From: Candidatus Poribacteria bacterium
Lineage (GTDB): Bacteria > Poribacteria > WGA-4E > WGA-3G
DNA: 64,000 nucleotides
Direction of reading: 5' to 3'
Assembly: GCA_965205025.1 (NCBI GenBank)
Contig: CBDBFU010000009.1
Coordinates: forward strand, 128,001-192,000
This document shows, in pieces, positions 40,733-51,825 of the stretch. Position numbers and translations under genes: made by a program. The notes under the pieces are model-generated. The model was not told the DNA's origin and searched no databases. It saw nothing but the letters and a program-made list of their open reading frames with translations. Every line of letters starts with the position of its first letter. Position 1 is the first letter of the stretch.

Positions 40733-40849
40733 ATACCATTCCTTAATAATGATCGCCCATTATTAACTTAAAGAAACCCCCTAAATCCCCCTTATCAGGG
40801 GGACTACTAAGAGTATTCATAATGTGAACTATTTTAATAGAAATGGTAT
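40733..40849. mobile_element. IS630-type MITE
   Basis: ATACCATTCCTTAATAAT ... ATTTTAATAGAAATGGTAT; internal CCCCCTAAATCCCCCTTATCAGGGGGAC. Confidence 0.7.
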
Positions 40850-40852
40850 TAG

Positions 40853-42406
40853 TTATTCTTCAATAGCGAGTCCAAGCATTAAAGCTCCCAGTTTTTGTTT
40901 TTCTGCATCTTGAAGTTCATTACTGTTATCATCAATGGTAGGTATCACTGTACCGACAAATTTCCCATTATACATGACAACGATTCTATCACTAAGAAGG
41001 ATAAGTTCGTCCAGTTCAGATGAGACAAGTATAACGCCTTTTGCCCGGTTTCGTGTTTGTATAAGTCTTGAATGGACGAATCTTGCAGCATGAATGTCTA
41101 ACCCACGTGTTGGATGAGCAGCAATAACCAACATTGGATCACCATATAATTCACGTGCCACTACGACTTTCTGTTGATTCCCTCCAGATAGTGTTTTAAT
41201 TAGATCAGAAATCTCTCCAATGCGAATCTGATATTTATGCAAAGCATTCCTTGAAAACTGGTTTATGTTCTTCATTTGGAGAATTTCATTACGAGAAAAT
41301 AATCGGTTGCGATGTTTTCCAATTATGAAATTCTCATCAATCCGGGAATTGAGACTTATCCCATGACGGTGTCTATCAGCGGGTAGATGTACAATCTTCT
41401 TCTGTCGTAATTCTGCTGTGGAACAATTAGTAATAGATTCCCCATTTAAGGTAATTGCACCAGAATTGACCGGTGTTAATCCAGATAGGATTTCAATAAG
41501 TTGTGTTTGACCATTCCCTTCAACCCCTGCTATTCCTACTATCTCCCCAGGAAAGACTTCTAAATTAATGTCAAAGAGAGAAGGTTGTTCAGAATTAGAT
41601 GTGACCGATACATTATCCAAGCGAAGAATGGGTTTATCATCTTTTAATTCCTTTCTTTCGAATGGGGTTTGAATGACCGGTTCACCAAGGATTAATTCTG
41701 CCAATTGGTTTACATTTGTTTCATCAGTAGTGTAAGAACCAACCATTTTTCCACGACGCATTACCGTAACAGAATCAGCGATAGACATTACTTCATCAAG
41801 TTTATGGGTAATAATGATTATACTATTTCCTTTACTCTTGAGTCCAAGCATACACTGAAACAAACCTTCTACCTCTTGTGGTGCGAGAACAGCAGTAGGT
41901 TCATCCATAATTAGAATTTCAGCACCATGGTATAGAACTTTTAAAATTTCAGTGTGTTGTTGTGCTCCAATAGGTAATGATTCAATTGGGGTGTGCAATG
42001 GTACATCGAAACTAAGCTGCTCCATTAGTTTAGCAATATCTGATTCAGTTTTTTCATAATCGATGAATGTACCATATTTCTGTTTTTCTTTTCCTAATAT
42101 GATGTTCTGGAGTGCGGTAAACACAGGTATAAGCGTGAAATGTTGTTGTATCATTCCCAGACCTAATCGCATTGCCAGCTTCGGAGAGGCTATAGACACT
42201 TTTTTATCATTAATAGTAATAGATCCTGAATCTGGTACATAAAGACCGTAGAGAATCTTCATCAATGTAGATTTACCAGCACCGTTTTCGCCGACGATAG
42301 CGTGTATTTCACCAGGAAGTAGTGTAAAATCTACATCTTGGTTGGCTTGAACTTGTCCAAACCGTTTATTGATACTACGCATTTTAACGATCGGTGATAA
42401 TGTCAT
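40853..42406 (-). CDS. sugar/nucleoside ABC transporter ATP-binding protein (two ABC domains)
   Basis: GENGAGKST, DEPTAVL, GVEGNGQ, LSGGNQQK, PTRGLD. Confidence 0.93.
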   Translation of the reverse strand: MTLSPIVKMRSINKRFGQVQANQDVDFTLLPGEIHAIVGENGAGKSTLMKILYGLYVPDSGSITINDKKVSIASPKLAMRLGLGMIQQHFTLIPVFTALQNIILGKEKQKYGTFIDYEKTESDIAKLMEQLSFDVPLHTPIESLPIGAQQHTEILKVLYHGAEILIMDEPTAVLAPQEVEGLFQCMLGLKSKGNSIIIITHKLDEVMSIADSVTVMRRGKMVGSYTTDETNVNQLAELILGEPVIQTPFERKELKDDKPILRLDNVSVTSNSEQPSLFDINLEVFPGEIVGIAGVEGNGQTQLIEILSGLTPVNSGAITLNGESITNCSTAELRQKKIVHLPADRHRHGISLNSRIDENFIIGKHRNRLFSRNEILQMKNINQFSRNALHKYQIRIGEISDLIKTLSGGNQQKVVVARELYGDPMLVIAAHPTRGLDIHAARFVHSRLIQTRNRAKGVILVSSELDELILLSDRIVVMYNGKFVGTVIPTIDDNSNELQDAEKQKLGALMLGLAIEE

Positions 42407-42489
42407 TGTCTTCTGTTCTATAGGATTAAGGTAGAATTATAGGATGACTAAAGAATTGATTTGGAATATTATTATAATACATTTTGCCC

Positions 42490-43663
42490 CTATACCTGCC
42501 GTGGGGAAAAACATCTGTTGTAGAGTTGTATAATCTCCTCTTGTGTAGCCTGTCTTGGATTGTTTGCTGGACTACCACTGGCAATTGCATCAGCTGCCAT
42601 TTGTTCGACTACTTCATCGAAATCAGTTTTGTCAATCCCGATATCTCCGAGTCTTGGCATTTGAATATCATTTACAAGTCGTTCCACTGCTGTGATAGCT
42701 GCATCAGCTTGTTTCATAGGCGATAATCCATCAATCTGTTCACCCATTGCTTTTGCAATATCAGCAAAACGTTTTGGTGCACCAGAAATGCTAAATTCCA
42801 TTACATCCAGAAGAAGGACAGCATTTGAGAGACCATGATGTATATGGAAATACGCCCCAATTGGTCGGGACATACCATGAACTAATGCAACTGATGAATT
42901 ACTGAATGCCATTCCAGCAATAGATGCCCCTAGCATCATATCTATCCGAGCATCAATATTTTCACCATCTGCCCATGCTTGTCGAAGTGATCCAGAAATC
43001 AATTCGATTGCATTCAGTGCTAATGTGTCGGTTAGAGGCTGCGCGCGTTTAGAGATATATGCTTCTATGGCGTGTGTTAGAGCATCAACACCGACAGCTG
43101 CTGTTAGATGGGGTGGTGTTGTTAGGGATAGTAATGGATCAACGATTGCCACAGATGCAAGTAGACTGGCACTACTCAGCATCATTTTCACATTCCGTTC
43201 AGTGTCAGTGATAACAGTGACTTTGGTGACTTCACTACCTGTGGCCGGCGGTTGTTGGAATGGCAATGAGCGGAGCACCAGGATTGGGAATTTTATCAAC
43301 ACCCATGTATTCTGAAAAATCACCATCATTGGAGAGTTTCATTGCAATGCCTTTACCGCAGTCAATGGCACTTCCTCCGCCGATACTGACAATCAAGTCT
43401 GCTTTTTCTGAATTGTATTGTTTTAATCCATTTTTCACATTATGTAGTGTTGGATCTGGAGTAACATCCGAGAAAATAGTGGTGGCTATATTGGTATTGT
43501 GAAGATTGTTGACTATCTGGTCAACATATCCGAGTTCAACAATTCCCGGGTCTGTTACGATAAGGACTTTTGATGCTCCAAGTCGTTTTGCTTGTTCACC
43601 GACTTCTTCAGATGATCCTGCACCTGTAATTACTGTTGGTGGGATAGAAAATGTGGTAGGCAA
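42490..43663 (-). pseudogene. iron-containing alcohol dehydrogenase, split by one extra base near 43243
   Basis: GGGSAIDCGK and IPTTAG in one frame; TGSEVT, DALTHAIE, HGMS, HHGLSNA in the next. Confidence 0.85.
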
Positions 43664-43794
43664 TTATCAGTTTCCTGGGGTTGAATTAGACAGTTTGCTC
43701 CCTTGTCATTTCAAGAATATTAGTTTGGATGGGTTGCAATATGAGTGATGTTAACGAATATAGTTGATGTGCATTAATCCAATAATTGACATAT

Positions 43795-44007
43795 TTAAAT
43801 CAATTTTGCGGATTCTATTATTAATGATTCAATCAGCAGTTCAACGGCATCCTGTAAGTTCTTAATGGCATCTTTTTGTGTATATCCCCAACTCGCTGCT
43901 CCTTGATGTTCAAGTACAGGTATATACGCTCGCCAGACAGCCTTATCTTCTGGTTCATCGGGCCATTTATCTTTTTCTAATACGACATTAAATGTATAAG
44001 TTTTCAT
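43795..44007 (-). CDS. HicB-like antitoxin (no adjacent hicA seen)
   Basis: WRAYIP.L..GAASWGYT.KDAIKNLQDAVEL. Confidence 0.8.
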   Translation of the reverse strand: MKTYTFNVVLEKDKWPDEPEDKAVWRAYIPVLEHQGAASWGYTQKDAIKNLQDAVELLIESLIIESAKLI

Positions 44008-44169
44008 CTTGTATCTCCAATTGATATAAGTATATCACAAGATAGTGAATGACACAATTGGCAGAAATGTATTCAATACTCTGGTAATTTAGATATCAAT
44101 TTAGTAAGTGATACTTGTATTTTATGATACAGCTGACACCTTGGAATCAACCCTTAGTTGAATGTTAAA

Positions 44170-45732
44170 TTAGTGTCTGAAATGTCTGATTCCTGTAAAT
44201 ACCATTGCCATACCGTATTTATCGGCAGTTTCAATTACAGATTCATCATTGACAGAACCACCCGGTTGGATAATTGACTTTATACCAGCATCTCCGGCAA
44301 TCTCTACACCATCAGGAAATGGGAAGAAAGCATCTGAAGCTAAAACAGCATTCTGTGCTTTTTCACCTGCCTTACGGACAGCAATTATCGCTGCATCTAC
44401 ACGACTCATCTGTCCCGCACCTATGCCAACAGTCCTTGTGCCTTGTGCAAGTAGAATACAGTTTGATTTCACATACTTGCATGCCTTCCATGCAAAGAGT
44501 AAAGTTTCAATCTCTTGTTCCGTAGGTTCACGTTTAGTGACAACCTTCAATTCACTCTTATCAATGTTGTGTACATCCTGTTCTTGAATAAGAACACCAC
44601 CATTGATATGACGCATTTGCATAATTGGTTCAGCATCTGACAACGAACCTGTTTCAAGGATACGGCGACTTTCAACACGGGATAATGCATTCAATGCTTT
44701 TACTGTATAACTTGGTGCTATGACTGCTTCAATTTTCACCCCAGACTTTGCAGCATCACGTATCGTGTTTGCTGTCTGGATTGTAACCTTACGATTTAAA
44801 CCAACAATTGAACCAAAGGCAGATGTCGTATCACAATCAAGTGCATTCATAAAAGCATCTTGAAGATTCTCTGCAGAAGCAAGTCCACATGGATTATTAT
44901 GTTTTATTATTGCACATGTTGGTGTATTGAAATCTTTGACGATTTCTAATGCTGCATCTAAATCAAGGATATTATTATAGGATAATGCCGGTCCGTTGAG
45001 TTGTTTAGCCCATGCTGCACAAGGTGAGGGTTTCGTCTCTGTTCTATAGAAAGCTGCATCCTGATGGGGATTTTCACCATATCTAAGAGAATCAGCTTTT
45101 TGATAGTGTAGCGTTATGAAATTCTCAAATTCCTCATAAGAATCTAAATTTGTCAAGTAATTTGAAATTGCATTATCATAGTGTGCAGTATGTGTGAATG
45201 CTGCTTTTGCCAATTCAAAACGTCTTTCACCAGAGATACATCCATCATTGTTATTCAATTCTGATATTATGTCAGCGTATTGATTTGGATCTGTCAAGAC
45301 AGCAACATGGTGATAATTCTTGGCTGCGGCACGAATCATCGTCGGTCCGCCAATATCAATATTTTCAATAGCTTCTTCAAGGGTAACATCAGGTTTGGTA
45401 ATTGTAGCTTCGAAAGGGTATAGGTTGCAAATCACCATGTCAATTGGTTTTATTCCATTAGTCTTAGCCTGGACTCCGTGTCCTGTATTATCCCATTGCG
45501 CGAGTAAGCCACCATGTATTTTGGGATGTAGAGTTTTTACCCTACCATCTAACATTTCCGGGAAACCTGTGTAATCAGAAACATCAATGATTTTAATTCC
45601 AGCATCCCGTAGATGTCTTGCTGTCCCTCCAGTTGATATGATTTCTACACCAAAATTAACCAGAGTATTTGCTAAATCTGATAGATCTGTTTTGTCGTAT
45701 GTGCTGATGAGTACGCGTTTTATTTTTTTCAT
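44170..45732 (-). CDS. purH: bifunctional AICAR formyltransferase/IMP cyclohydrolase
   Basis: STGGT, GRVKTLHP, IDIGGPTM, LRYGENPHQ, SDAFFPF, QPGGS, RHFRH. Confidence 0.98.
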   Translation of the reverse strand: MKKIKRVLISTYDKTDLSDLANTLVNFGVEIISTGGTARHLRDAGIKIIDVSDYTGFPEMLDGRVKTLHPKIHGGLLAQWDNTGHGVQAKTNGIKPIDMVICNLYPFEATITKPDVTLEEAIENIDIGGPTMIRAAAKNYHHVAVLTDPNQYADIISELNNNDGCISGERRFELAKAAFTHTAHYDNAISNYLTNLDSYEEFENFITLHYQKADSLRYGENPHQDAAFYRTETKPSPCAAWAKQLNGPALSYNNILDLDAALEIVKDFNTPTCAIIKHNNPCGLASAENLQDAFMNALDCDTTSAFGSIVGLNRKVTIQTANTIRDAAKSGVKIEAVIAPSYTVKALNALSRVESRRILETGSLSDAEPIMQMRHINGGVLIQEQDVHNIDKSELKVVTKREPTEQEIETLLFAWKACKYVKSNCILLAQGTRTVGIGAGQMSRVDAAIIAVRKAGEKAQNAVLASDAFFPFPDGVEIAGDAGIKSIIQPGGSVNDESVIETADKYGMAMVFTGIRHFRH

Positions 45733-45794
45733 AATTCCGATATTCCAATGTCTTAAAGGAGATGATATTCAAGTATGTTGAACTATGAATATAG

Positions 45795-47069
45795 TTAGGT
45801 AATGTAACGGGGGAATCCGAAACCGTCGTTAGCAACGTGACTTCTTGCGGGGATCTGAGCACGAGTTGGAATAATTAGATCCATTTCAGATGTGTTTTCA
45901 ATGACGGTTCCGTCCCCAATGCGTACCTCGTTCCCTATCATAATTTGACCTGGATGGTCCGCTGCACCACGTATTGTACCTATTACGACGGATGATCCGA
46001 TACGACATTTTTGGTCAATTTCGACAAAACCGTAGATTTCAGTATTTGTACCAATCGTAGTGTAGTCTGCAATTTGCACAGGACCGAGGAGACTTGTATC
46101 TGTACCAATTTCAACAAAATCTCCAATGACAGGATGGCGCTGTTTAACTTTAACACTTAAACCGCCAAGTGTGCATGGATATATCACGCATCCAGAACCG
46201 ATAATACCTGTCTGTCCAGTGGTAACACCTCTATGTGGATGTTCTAATAAATTTGCATCACCGATTTCAGTTTCAGGATGTATATCTGCTTGGTAATACC
46301 GTCCTCCGAGTTCAGAGATTGCACGTGGTAGTAGAGGAACAGGAACTCGGTTTAAGTCTGAGTTATCTTCAGGTGAACCACTTCGCGTCAATGCATGTGC
46401 CACATCATGGTAGAATAGAACCCGCCAACCGGGATAAGTACTGACAACGAGCTGGAGTTGATATTCCAATACAGAAGCGAGATTTAAACTTGCCAGAAAA
46501 TCCTTGTATGGATCGAAGGATCGCTCCTTAATGGCATTATCAATTTGAAATCGAAAATCTATAGCAGCGATTTTTTCACGAGAAATACCATTATGTAACA
46601 GATAAGCGTCCCACACCGCTGGATCTTTCAGAGATGAGAAGCGATTCCAGAGTGCCCTGCTTTTTAATCGGGGAAGTTCCCACAGAAGTGAGAATACAGT
46701 TTCGAGTGCAGTTTCAAGATTTGTTTCATCGGTAACAGCGATAAATGACTGTGCCACCATAGCATATAACTGGTCTACAACTTCTTCAATCGCTTCTGAT
46801 AAGCCATGTTTCTGATTTTGTAGATGGGGGATGTTATGGGATCCGGGGGCTACACATTCTAAGAGATTACCGAGAATTGTTTCAAGAATATCTCTATTGA
46901 CAAAACCACGTCCGGAACGTTGTGATAACCCTTCACGGCTTATACTATCTATACGTAAAGCATTTAATTCAGATTTACTATAGATAGGTAGTATCCGTGA
47001 TATAGTTTTCTTTAATAAGGGTTTCTTTCGTTCTTCATAAGATGAATCAAAAAGTGTGGTTTCAGACAT
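45795..47069 (-). CDS. serine O-acetyltransferase-like protein with extended hexapeptide repeats
   Basis: ADIHP..EIG, H..GV..G.T, TLGG....RHPVIGD; long extra N-terminal region. Confidence 0.7.
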   Translation of the reverse strand: MSETTLFDSSYEERKKPLLKKTISRILPIYSKSELNALRIDSISREGLSQRSGRGFVNRDILETILGNLLECVAPGSHNIPHLQNQKHGLSEAIEEVVDQLYAMVAQSFIAVTDETNLETALETVFSLLWELPRLKSRALWNRFSSLKDPAVWDAYLLHNGISREKIAAIDFRFQIDNAIKERSFDPYKDFLASLNLASVLEYQLQLVVSTYPGWRVLFYHDVAHALTRSGSPEDNSDLNRVPVPLLPRAISELGGRYYQADIHPETEIGDANLLEHPHRGVTTGQTGIIGSGCVIYPCTLGGLSVKVKQRHPVIGDFVEIGTDTSLLGPVQIADYTTIGTNTEIYGFVEIDQKCRIGSSVVIGTIRGAADHPGQIMIGNEVRIGDGTVIENTSEMDLIIPTRAQIPARSHVANDGFGFPRYIT

Positions 47070-47138
47070 ATTGGTGGATCAGTAGAGATAATTCATATAT
47101 TTTCTCAACGGATCGTCTCCCTTGTATTATTGGTAATC

Positions 47139-48272
47139 TTACTCAGTGAAAACCTGTTGTGCAGCAGTGACGCCAGCACCATATGCGAAGTCATAGCCAA
47201 TTTGAGCTAAACCTCTTTCAAATGAAGAAATAGCAATAATTACATCGTTTTCATTCATCCAACCGAGATGAGCAATACGTACTATTTTACCACTTAATTC
47301 CCCTTGCCCACCAGCATAAGTAATTCCATATTCTTCACGCATCATTTTTAGAAAAGCCTTCCCATCAATTTCCTTCGGAAGTCGGATTGATGTTAATGTA
47401 TTTGCAGGAGATGATGCAAATAGGGGTAATCCAATTGCTTTGATAGCACACCGAGTTGCGAATGCCATTTGTTGATGACGCGCAATGGTGTTGTGGATAC
47501 CTTCTTCATATATTAAATTTAGAGCACATTGCAGAGCGGTTAGTAGTGTAATCGCAGGCGTATATGGTACTGATCCCTCTATACCACTCTTATATGCTTT
47601 ACGAAAATCAAAATAGTATTTCGGTAGATTGGAATGTTTTACTGCATCCCACGCACGATTATTGAGTGCTACAAATGCCAACCCCGGCGGTGTCATCAAA
47701 CCTTTTTGAGAGCAGGAAACAACAACATCCACTCCCCAATTATCCATCTGTAGGTCATCAGCACCTAACGCACTCACAGCATCAACAACAAGGAGAGTCG
47801 GAGTTGATTGAGTTATCTGTGCAAGTGTTTGTATATCGTGTAAAGCACCTGTAGAAGTTTCGCAGAGAGTTGAATATACCACCTTAATTTCAGGAGTAGC
47901 GTTAAGATATTCCTCAACTATTTCAGGATCAACAGAATTCCCCCATTCAACATCAATAGATATAACTTCGACCCCATAGGCGGTGCATATTTCACTCCAT
48001 CGTTCACCGAATTTTCCACTTCTGATGACTAATACCTTATCCCCACGGGATAGGAGATTGGACACTGCACCCTCCATTGCCCCAGTGCCTGAAGATGTGA
48101 GAAACAGTACATCGTTCTCTGTTTGAAATACGTGCTTTAGCTTCTCTAAGACATCCTTAATTAACGCTACAGCATCTTCACTACGATGGTAGTCAATTGG
48201 CTGCGCCATAGCCAACAATGCTTCAGAGGGAATTGGTGTTGGTCCAGGGGTAAACAGATAACTTTTCTTCAT
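47139..48272 (-). CDS. class V aminotransferase (serine-pyruvate/alanine-glyoxylate type)
   Basis: LFTPGPTP, SSGTGAME, ETSTG, VDAVSA, SQKGLMTPPGL, RIAHLG. Confidence 0.93.
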   Translation of the reverse strand: MKKSYLFTPGPTPIPSEALLAMAQPIDYHRSEDAVALIKDVLEKLKHVFQTENDVLFLTSSGTGAMEGAVSNLLSRGDKVLVIRSGKFGERWSEICTAYGVEVISIDVEWGNSVDPEIVEEYLNATPEIKVVYSTLCETSTGALHDIQTLAQITQSTPTLLVVDAVSALGADDLQMDNWGVDVVVSCSQKGLMTPPGLAFVALNNRAWDAVKHSNLPKYYFDFRKAYKSGIEGSVPYTPAITLLTALQCALNLIYEEGIHNTIARHQQMAFATRCAIKAIGLPLFASSPANTLTSIRLPKEIDGKAFLKMMREEYGITYAGGQGELSGKIVRIAHLGWMNENDVIIAISSFERGLAQIGYDFAYGAGVTAAQQVFTE

Positions 48273-48279
48273 AATAACA

Positions 48280-48495
48280 CTATGCAGTTCCGGCTACACC
48301 AGGACTTTTACCTTCAACGTTCAGGATTACCCATTCTCGACTCAAGAGTTGTAGGACAGACACTATTGCGTCTCGTTGTCCTGCACTGTCCATTGGAACT
48401 TCTATAGTCAAAGTGGCGAATTCTTCTTTTTGAACATCACCATCGTTGCTAAACTTCATCGGTGTAATTTGTATCTTCTTCAATTTTGCGTCCAT
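48280..48495 (-). CDS. small hypothetical protein
   Basis: 71-aa ORF with AGGAGG RBS, 7 bp before the aminotransferase. Confidence 0.65.
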   Translation of the reverse strand: MDAKLKKIQITPMKFSNDGDVQKEEFATLTIEVPMDSAGQRDAIVSVLQLLSREWVILNVEGKSPGVAGTA

Positions 48496-48548
48496 TAGTT
48501 TATATCCTCCTAAAATATCACTTATAACTAAATCGAATAATCACTGTT

Positions 48549-49571
48549 TTAATGATCTTCCATGAAGATTTTCAAATCCATGCATTCTCCAGTTTTTCGT
48601 GCAGATTCCCATCCTGCTAATACGGGTGCTAACGAATGCAAGCCATCGTGGTAATCACTTTGTAATAGATCTGCATTCCCAGATCTGATTGCACGAATAA
48701 ATGTCTTATCCTGTTCTAACCACGGATTGAATTCCTCTGCTTGGTAGATAATCTCACCATTTACTTCAATCCTATCATACTGGTAGATTGTGAGGCAACC
48801 ACCCTCATAGTATACAGTAAACCATGGTTCATTCTTCGGGTTTGAACCTGCAGAAACAAAGTTCAGATTCATCGTTGCACCGTTCTCAAAACGGTAATTG
48901 AAAATGCAGGATAACGGTGTAGAATACGATGGACGTTCACAATAGAATGCCTGTGAATGAGAGATATTTAATCCCGTCATAAACCGACTATAATCCGTAG
49001 CATGTACACCCCAATCCAGAGCACGTCCCCCAGATTTTTCCATATCTGCCCACCAAGTCTTTGCTTCACTCCCTGCTACAGGAGGTAATCCACCAAAACT
49101 TTGAAATCGGACATGTATGATTTCTTTATCAGATAAGAAATCACGTGCTTTTTGAAAAATTGGTCGATATCGTTCCCTGAATCCTACAGTACTTATTACC
49201 CCAGCATTTCGTATCGCATTGTCTATCCTATTAGCGACCTTCATAGTCAATGCCTGGGGTTTTTCACTGAAGATGTGGATTCCCTTTTCTGCAGCGATTA
49301 CCTCAACATTCGTTCGGACATACGCTGGTACGATAGAGTATAAGACATCAAAATTCTCAGTGTTAAGCATTGTGTGTGCCCCACCATTATCTGGGTGGTA
49401 TACCTGAGGAATATTAAACAGCTCTGCAGTATCTATTAATGCCTCCTTATTACTATCACACGCTGCTATGATATTAACGTTATCAATCTGCAAAAGGTTC
49501 GGAATTCGTGTAGTTTTCGCAAAATTACCACATCCGTAAAAGGCAACGCGTATGCTGGAGTTTGATGACAC
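48549..49571 (-). CDS. Gfo/Idh/MocA oxidoreductase
   Basis: FYGCG, IFSEKP, KSGG.ALDWGVHATD. Confidence 0.9.
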   Translation of the reverse strand: MSSNSSIRVAFYGCGNFAKTTRIPNLLQIDNVNIIAACDSNKEALIDTAELFNIPQVYHPDNGGAHTMLNTENFDVLYSIVPAYVRTNVEVIAAEKGIHIFSEKPQALTMKVANRIDNAIRNAGVISTVGFRERYRPIFQKARDFLSDKEIIHVRFQSFGGLPPVAGSEAKTWWADMEKSGGRALDWGVHATDYSRFMTGLNISHSQAFYCERPSYSTPLSCIFNYRFENGATMNLNFVSAGSNPKNEPWFTVYYEGGCLTIYQYDRIEVNGEIIYQAEEFNPWLEQDKTFIRAIRSGNADLLQSDYHDGLHSLAPVLAGWESARKTGECMDLKIFMEDH

Positions 49572-49645
49572 AGAAGGGTCCCCGATTTGGTAAGAAGTGT
49601 ATAAATTATTGGATTATCATTAAATTGTAACAACTTCAATTTGGT

Positions 49646-50542
49646 CTAATTAGTTTCACGCCAAGGTGGAATAGTCCATGTGTTGTACCAGTTCCATTTC
49701 CAGTTAATTTCTTTTTCAGGTATTTTTACTTCATACTCAATCCCTGCAGTGAATGGAAGTATCCGTGTTTTATTGCAAACGATTTCCCGAATTGACTCAA
49801 TAAAGGCATTTTCGTCTGTGACATTCGGTGGCCAATGTCCTTCTGGAATTGGGTCTGATTTTCTATCAGTTCGATAGTGCGTTGGAATGATGAATCGAGG
49901 TTGGATTAAATCTACCAACTCAACTAATCTATGTGATACACCATCACCGAGACCGAGTTTCATGTGAATAAGAAAGTCAACTTTCCCACGAAGATTCTGT
50001 AAAGCAGGATACGGTTCGTGTAGGTCTCCAGTATGAAGGACAGAAATGTTTTGCTGGATGTGGGAAATGAGATATCCGTTGGTTGGCAGATTGGGAGATT
50101 GGTTTTCTCCACTTTCTATCGTTTCAATTGTGATGTTATCAATTTCAAATGTCTCTGTCCCAGTAAATGACCGTGACGATCCTTGACTTGCATTAATATG
50201 TTTTGGGTATAAGATTTCTACCTTATCGGAAGGGATATGTTTTGTTATAGGTAGGTCGCGTTCAAATGCTGCATCCCCATATTTTTCATTAATGGGTTGT
50301 GCTGGAGTAATACACCCAGGATTTACAAAGAGCTTTTTAAAACGACTCCCTTTACATAACTTACGTAAAGTAGCTGGGTGGCAATGATCAAAATGTTCGT
50401 GAGAAATAAAGATGTAATCGTAGATAGGTTCAACTTTTGCTAAGTTCTGATTAAACAGATACGGATCAAAAGTGATGTTGATGTCGTTGAACCGTACATC
50501 AAATGCGCCGCAACCCCACCATCTTAGGTATATATTGTCCAT
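49646..50542 (-). CDS. MBL-fold metallo-hydrolase
   Basis: FDPY, ISHEHFDH, HTGD, IPTHY. Confidence 0.88.
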   Translation of the reverse strand: MDNIYLRWWGCGAFDVRFNDINITFDPYLFNQNLAKVEPIYDYIFISHEHFDHCHPATLRKLCKGSRFKKLFVNPGCITPAQPINEKYGDAAFERDLPITKHIPSDKVEILYPKHINASQGSSRSFTGTETFEIDNITIETIESGENQSPNLPTNGYLISHIQQNISVLHTGDLHEPYPALQNLRGKVDFLIHMKLGLGDGVSHRLVELVDLIQPRFIIPTHYRTDRKSDPIPEGHWPPNVTDENAFIESIREIVCNKTRILPFTAGIEYEVKIPEKEINWKWNWYNTWTIPPWRETN

Positions 50543-50814
50543 CTCTCATGCATCTTTTAGGTAGAAATCGCTTTCCAGAAATCTTATTTTTTACTATAAC
50601 ACCTAAGTTGCAACCTATAATTAACGTGATTTTGATAAGACACATTGTAACCCGAACTTTTAGTTAACACCAGAGTGCACAAACTGGAAAGTTTGTGCTA
50701 CAAAGACTATCTTCAGGACAAAATTCTGTTTATCGAACTGACATTTTTTATTATCATACTGACGTTATAAATACTAACTACGCGAAGGTGTATAAGATGT
50801 ATAACTCTCGTTTA

Positions 50815-50884
50815 CTACATACCGCTCCGCTGGAGCAGGAAAGAATATAGGCTTTTCTATAGACATATCGCTCCTCTGCAGCGA
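50815..50884. repeat. pair of REP-like hairpins
   Basis: ACATACCGCTCCGCTGGAGC and ACATATCGCTCCTCTGCAGCG. Confidence 0.65.
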
Positions 50885-51085
50885 AGATAGTATTCAAACT
50901 TGGACGCTATACAAAAACCAATAGTATCCAAAATCTGTAAGAATATGTCTATGTATGTTAATTAACAATTTTACCATATAAGGAAACATACTGCAAATTA
51001 ACAGTTTGTGGTCTTAGCCAATTGTGCATCAAAATGAGAAATTGCAGTTGCTCCGTTCCCCATAACAGCATTCGTAAACATAAAC

Positions 51086-51598
51086 CTATAAATCATAATT
51101 CAGTCCGAGCCTGAATGTCTTGTTGGTATACATCCAGATGAGTCGCATTTTCGATGGAATGTTCATGACAAGTCCAGTCTCAATACGCCAATCGTGACTG
51201 TTTTTTCTATTGAAATACCATTGGTTCACATGAAAAACGCCAAAATAGGGTTCTATCCCCCAATGTGTTCGTGTGATCAGTTGGTAAGAGAGACCACCAC
51301 CCCAAGAGAACCCGAGACTGCCTGAATTGATAGTGCCGTCTACAGATGAATAATATGCGGCCTCGAAGCTGCCGTTTAAGCCACCACGCCAAAAATAGTC
51401 AAGGTTTTTTATTGTGGTTGGATGGATACGCGTGTATCGCAACTCGCTTTTAGCTGCGGGGAACATTTGAAATTGATGTGAGTATTGATTACGATAAAAC
51501 CGAATGCTGTCAAGGTAAAGACTCGTCTCGGCTAATGTAGACATCGGCAGAAGCATACAGATACTGATAAAGAAAATTATACCTATATGGAATTTCAT
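51086..51598 (-). CDS. exported hypothetical protein, possibly a small beta-barrel
   Basis: Signal peptide; alternating aromatic/Gly strands; ends FRLGLNYDL; AAGGAG RBS. Confidence 0.6.
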   Translation of the reverse strand: MKFHIGIIFFISICMLLPMSTLAETSLYLDSIRFYRNQYSHQFQMFPAAKSELRYTRIHPTTIKNLDYFWRGGLNGSFEAAYYSSVDGTINSGSLGFSWGGGLSYQLITRTHWGIEPYFGVFHVNQWYFNRKNSHDWRIETGLVMNIPSKMRLIWMYTNKTFRLGLNYDL

Positions 51599-51825
51599 AA
51601 GTTTCTCCTTATTGTATTAGTTTGGGTTTACAAAAAATGAACGATTTAGAATTATACAATTCTATTTTATTATGATAAATATCTAAAATCTATTTCTTGT
51701 TTCAGTGATATATGTATGTTAGTTGTTAGAAATGAACTTTTTCTTCATTTTATTTTGATTTTTTTTAGAAAAAGGTGGGTGAATTTAGATTTGGATAAGG
51801 TCTACACTGATATCTACAAATGTGA

